Shown here piece after piece: positions 28,795 through 32,000 of a stretch of DNA of 32,000 bases. The notes under the pieces are model-generated. The model searched no databases. It was given only the letters and a program-made list of their open reading frames with translations, and was not told the DNA's origin. Both the position numbers and the translations under genes were made by a program. Every line of letters begins with the position of its first letter. The stretch's first letter is position 1. Location: contig NC_000916.1 in assembly GCF_000008645.1 (NCBI RefSeq), forward strand, positions 30,001 to 62,000. Direction: 5' to 3'. The stretch is from Methanothermobacter thermautotrophicus str. Delta H. GTDB taxonomy: Archaea > Methanobacteriota > Methanobacteria > Methanobacteriales > Methanothermobacteraceae.

Positions 28795-29067
28795 TTAATA
28801 CCACCACCCACAATGTGTACGATAATAACGCCCTTCTGAGGGTTCAAACATGAGATAAAGGGCGCCAGCTTTGCCCCATGGGCCACCGTACACTGTCCCC
28901 GCAACAGCAGCCCAGTAATAAACTTTCCACCAGTTAAACTCCTTACCATGCCATTTACCCTTCTTCTTCAACCGGTACTTCCAGTTTTTACCAATGATCT
29001 TTTGCATTTCCTCTGTGCTGAGGGGTTCTATTCGCTGTGTTCTCCGCGGTTTTGTTGTAACATCCAT
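28795..29067 (-). CDS. Bacteriocin-like precursor peptide with LSTEEMQKI-IGK leader-type motif
   Basis: 90 aa MDVTTKPRRTQRIEPLSTEEMQKIIGKNWKYRLKKKGKWHGKEFNWWKVYYWAAVAGTVYGGPWGKAGALYLMFEPSEGRYYRTHCGWWY. Hydrophilic leader, then a basic/aromatic segment, then a Gly/Ala-rich segment. Confidence 0.6.
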   Translation of the reverse strand: MDVTTKPRRTQRIEPLSTEEMQKIIGKNWKYRLKKKGKWHGKEFNWWKVYYWAAVAGTVYGGPWGKAGALYLMFEPSEGRYYRTHCGWWY

Positions 29068-29127
29068 GTTTATTCATCTTAGATGTTTAAGATCTGGGCT
29101 TCCATTTTGTTTTTTGTTCGCTGTATT

Positions 29128-29583
29128 TTAATAATGCTTTTGATGGCTTTTCTCAGTCTTTGGATCAGTTACTGGTCTTTTGATGATTAGCACTGTAAAG
29201 ACGATATATGCGGCGGCGGTTACTGTAAGCGCGACGCATGTGGCCCCCACAACATTTTTGTTGATGGGTGTTTTTGTGAGGATGGCATTTGTTAAACCTA
29301 TGAGGTTGAATCCCAGTGTGAACAGCGCGCTGATCAGTAGTGTCCTGGTAAGGCAATGATCATAGCATCCACCAAGACCTTTGATAACCCTATTCAAACC
29401 GGTCATGTACAGTATAACCATGACATCTAAAATGAGGATATAAGCTGCTGAATTAATAGCGTTTCCTGAGACAATATAGAAGAATGGGGCCAGCTCATCC
29501 CCCTGCATCCACCCTGATAAAACTACAGCCGCGCTTATGGCAAAAACCGCCAGCAACGTTAATATAAACATTTTATCTTTCAT
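29128..29583 (-). CDS. Multi-TM protein, putative immunity partner of the C39-fusion gene
   Basis: 151 aa, about 4 hydrophobic segments, directly downstream of 29620. Confidence 0.5.
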   Translation of the reverse strand: MKDKMFILTLLAVFAISAAVVLSGWMQGDELAPFFYIVSGNAINSAAYILILDVMVILYMTGLNRVIKGLGGCYDHCLTRTLLISALFTLGFNLIGLTNAILTKTPINKNVVGATCVALTVTAAAYIVFTVLIIKRPVTDPKTEKSHQKHY

Positions 29584-29619
29584 AATTTTTCTCCTCTTTT
29601 AAAATAATTGGTTGGATGG

Positions 29620-30524
29620 TTAGTATTCTACATAATGTATACAGTGATCACGCCCCAAGTATGCTTTCACTCTTTTATTTGGCGGGTGATATGCACAGTA
29701 TTTCCAGTACTTTCGCGGCACATACTTATCCCTGACAGTGACTATTATATTACCCAAACCATATAATGTAATAGGAAGCCACCACAACTTGCCTCTAATG
29801 TTCTGCATTTCCTCTGTGCTGAGGATTTTAGCTGAGTCTGTGCCTTGTATTGGCTGATCTGTTGAGATATTCATTGGATTCATTTCATGTTCTGTCTGGT
29901 TGTCTGATGCCGTTCTGTTTTCCATTGCTTCTGTGTTATCACTGCTCTTGATTATGAGGGCGTATCCTGTGTAGATTTCTTGGAATTCTTCCAGTGACAT
30001 TTCTATGTTTCCCATGGTGGGGTCTGCTAGTTTAACGGTTTCATTGTTGACTTCCCTGATGAGGGTGTAGTGTCCCACACCATCACTCATTGTATATGCG
30101 ATCATGTTCTCGTGGAGTTCTGTGATGTTCAGTTTCATGCCTGTCATGTTAACGCCCTTGGCCTTTGCCGCCTCCAGGAGGCCCTGCATTGTTGTACCCT
30201 CTTCTGTGGTGCCGGCGAGGTCTGCGAGTTCATCCTCGGTTGTGTTTATTCCAAGGTTTGGAGTAGTGTGGCGAGTGCTGCCGGTCCGCAGGTGTAGTTC
30301 CTGGTCTGCAGGACCACGCCGGTGTTATCTGCTGTGATGTTATCGTCTATAGTGAACTCTGCTGGATCCGTGAAGTTCTCTTCCAAGTTATCTGCTGTGG
30401 ATAAGTCCATGGGATTCGTGGAGTTACTGCTGTTATCCCGTGGGGTTTGTGCGGCCGCAGCAGCGTTAAAAGATACTGCGAGTGTTAAGAGGATCAGCAA
30501 ACCCAAAAGACACGACTTTCTCAT
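29620..30524 (-). CDS. Secreted C39-like cysteine peptidase fused to LSTEEMQNIRGK motif and effector-type tail; one 1-nt frame break near 30250
   Basis: Signal peptide (MRKSCLLGLLILLTLAVSFNAAAAA), NYTCGPAALATLLQ (Cys motif) / LGINTTEDELADLAGTTEEGTTMQGLLEAAKAKG in the next frame, GHYTLIREVNNETVKLADP (His/Asp motif), KILSTEEMQNIRGK, DKYVPRKYWKYCAYHPPNKRVKAYLGRDHCIHYVEY. Confidence 0.65.
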
Positions 30525-31442
30525 CCACTATTCACCACATATCAGGTTGATAATAAATCTATAAGAAAAACTCATATATATATTACGGTGCTATGTTAAT
30601 GTATTAATCACATAAAAGGAGGCCTTTAAACATCACTCAGCTCGCCTCCGAGGTAATAGTAGCAAATAAGGAAAGATGGAGGGGGAAACAGGAGATTTCA
30701 ATGAATTATTGGATGCTTAACACTATTAAAGAATCCATTTGCATGATGCTGTATTTAAGTTGGTATGACCTCCAAAATCAGATATGCCCATTACAAGTGT
30801 GGTGACGATTGGCTGCTTTAGCGTTCTTCACGATATTGATGGAGGTTGCCATGAAAAATGGATATGATAGTCAGTACACACACCGAAATGTCGAGTAACC
30901 AGGATCTCACCTCCAGGACACCATCCAGTATTGTTCTCATCATTATGAAGATGACGGCTATAATGCCTGGGGATATTTCAAGTTTATGGGATGATTCATA
31001 GAATTACATATACTGCAGCAATTATGCAAGAGTAGCCATAAATATGGTGAATGATTGGGGCTTCTTATTTTTCATTGTCATCATCTTTAGTAGAGTTGAG
31101 GATTATTTTCCCCAGTATCCATCATATATCTCTGATACCTTTTTTATGAGGTAAGAACCTGTGAGCAGGCCTCCTGCAGTGTTTAAATGTCATTCCTGCC
31201 TTTAAGAGTGTTATACAAGGTTCCGATGCCACTGATAATCTCCATGCAACCCTCTCTGATTTTGCCACAGTCTGGTTTGGGATTTCTGTCTACTTTATAT
31301 GTGCTTCCATCCATGCACGTATATGGGGTATCCTTTCCCGTCCAATTTATATGTGACTTCATACTTGTAGAATGTTATTACTCTATTTCCATGTCGTTCG
31401 CTCTATTTTCTGATAAGGCGTTTTTTGATTATCTTGTAGCCT

Positions 31443-31754
31443 TTACCTCGATATCTTTTTGATACAGAAATAGTCAGACACATCACTTTCAGATAATATG
31501 TGCTCCTTCCATACCTCACACCCACTGCAGAGGCACTCTTCATGTGGATCTATATCCCTGCAAATGGCCCTTCCTGTGGAACAGTAGACCCCTGGAACCC
31601 TGTCTGTGTCCATGCGCATGGCGCTGTCAAGGTCCTGCTGGGTTATGAGTAGCATTATCTTCTTCTTATCCCTCACGCACCGACTTTCCCTCTGGACGGG
31701 ACACTCAAGACAGAGGCACCTTCTGATGTTCTCCATGCTGAAGTCAACCTGCAT
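31443..31754 (-). CDS. Small cysteine-rich protein, possibly DUF2769-like
   Basis: 103 aa with CLCLECPVQRESRC and CLCSGCEVWKEHIL Cys patterns. Confidence 0.4.
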   Translation of the reverse strand: MQVDFSMENIRRCLCLECPVQRESRCVRDKKKIMLLITQQDLDSAMRMDTDRVPGVYCSTGRAICRDIDPHEECLCSGCEVWKEHILSESDVSDYFCIKKISR

Positions 31755-32000
31755 GTCATCACCACAGTGGATATATGTACCTGCAGGTACTTCACATTTG
31801 CCACATGAACAGAAAAATTTTAATTAATAATCATTATAAATTGAAGTTTTTTTAGAAAATAGCTGCTATTTAAAGCTTTTGTCTTGTAACATTTAGAAAC
31901 TGATATTAATGTAGATGACCTATTTAATATTGGTGGAATCTGTGTACCCTTCTAAGGGCAGGGCAGTTCTACCGAAGGTGATCTAATGGCTGAGTTGTAC

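Noticed and set aside
26672-30524. A bacteriocin ABC exporter with an N-terminal C39 domain, expected for double-glycine-type precursors
   Set aside because: No Walker A/B or ABC signature sequence is visible in the window. The C39-like domain here follows a signal peptide instead.
10384-30524. Transposon or prophage as explanation for the repeats
   Set aside because: No transposase, integrase, terminal inverted repeats or phage structural genes were recognised. The repeat boundaries follow module boundaries and genes.

Overview
The window looks like a Methanobacteriales (probably Methanothermobacter-type) chromosome segment. This is inferred from pseudomurein-binding-like repeats and from the gltX/dapL neighbourhood. 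The left end is ordinary housekeeping: partial glutamyl-tRNA synthetase and LL-diaminopimelate aminotransferase. Next comes a minus-strand block of secreted or surface proteins (3.4-8.5 kb), with several 1-nt frame breaks, then a radical SAM protein and a CMD/AhpD-like protein. From about 10.4 to 30.5 kb lies an unusual minus-strand accessory island. (1) Two nearly identical 2.5-kb genes (837 and 840 aa) encode signal peptide + pseudomurein-binding-like repeats + PKD domain + a long middle region + a divergent C-terminal module. (2) Each is followed by orphan C-terminal cassettes lacking the N-terminus. These have a variable hydrophobic/glycine-rich core between conserved flanks and end in GEDHCIHYIEIPKNPDGSLRWDEAVYI-like tails. 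(3) Almost every cassette is followed closely, or overlapped, by a distinct small multi-TM ORF. (4) A second module type is translationally coupled to a TPR protein. (5) Upstream is a C39-peptidase-like gene fused to an LSTEEMQNI-RGK leader-like motif and the same tail, plus two small peptide genes with LS(T/R)EEMQKI-IGK motifs, each paired with a homologous TM protein. The whole resembles a polymorphic effector (bacteriocin/toxin-like) plus immunity array with silent C-terminal cassettes, anchored to archaeal pseudomurein. Toxicity, immunity and export are hypotheses; the architecture, duplications and motif sharing are read directly from the sequence. No RNA genes, CRISPR arrays or transposase genes were recognised.
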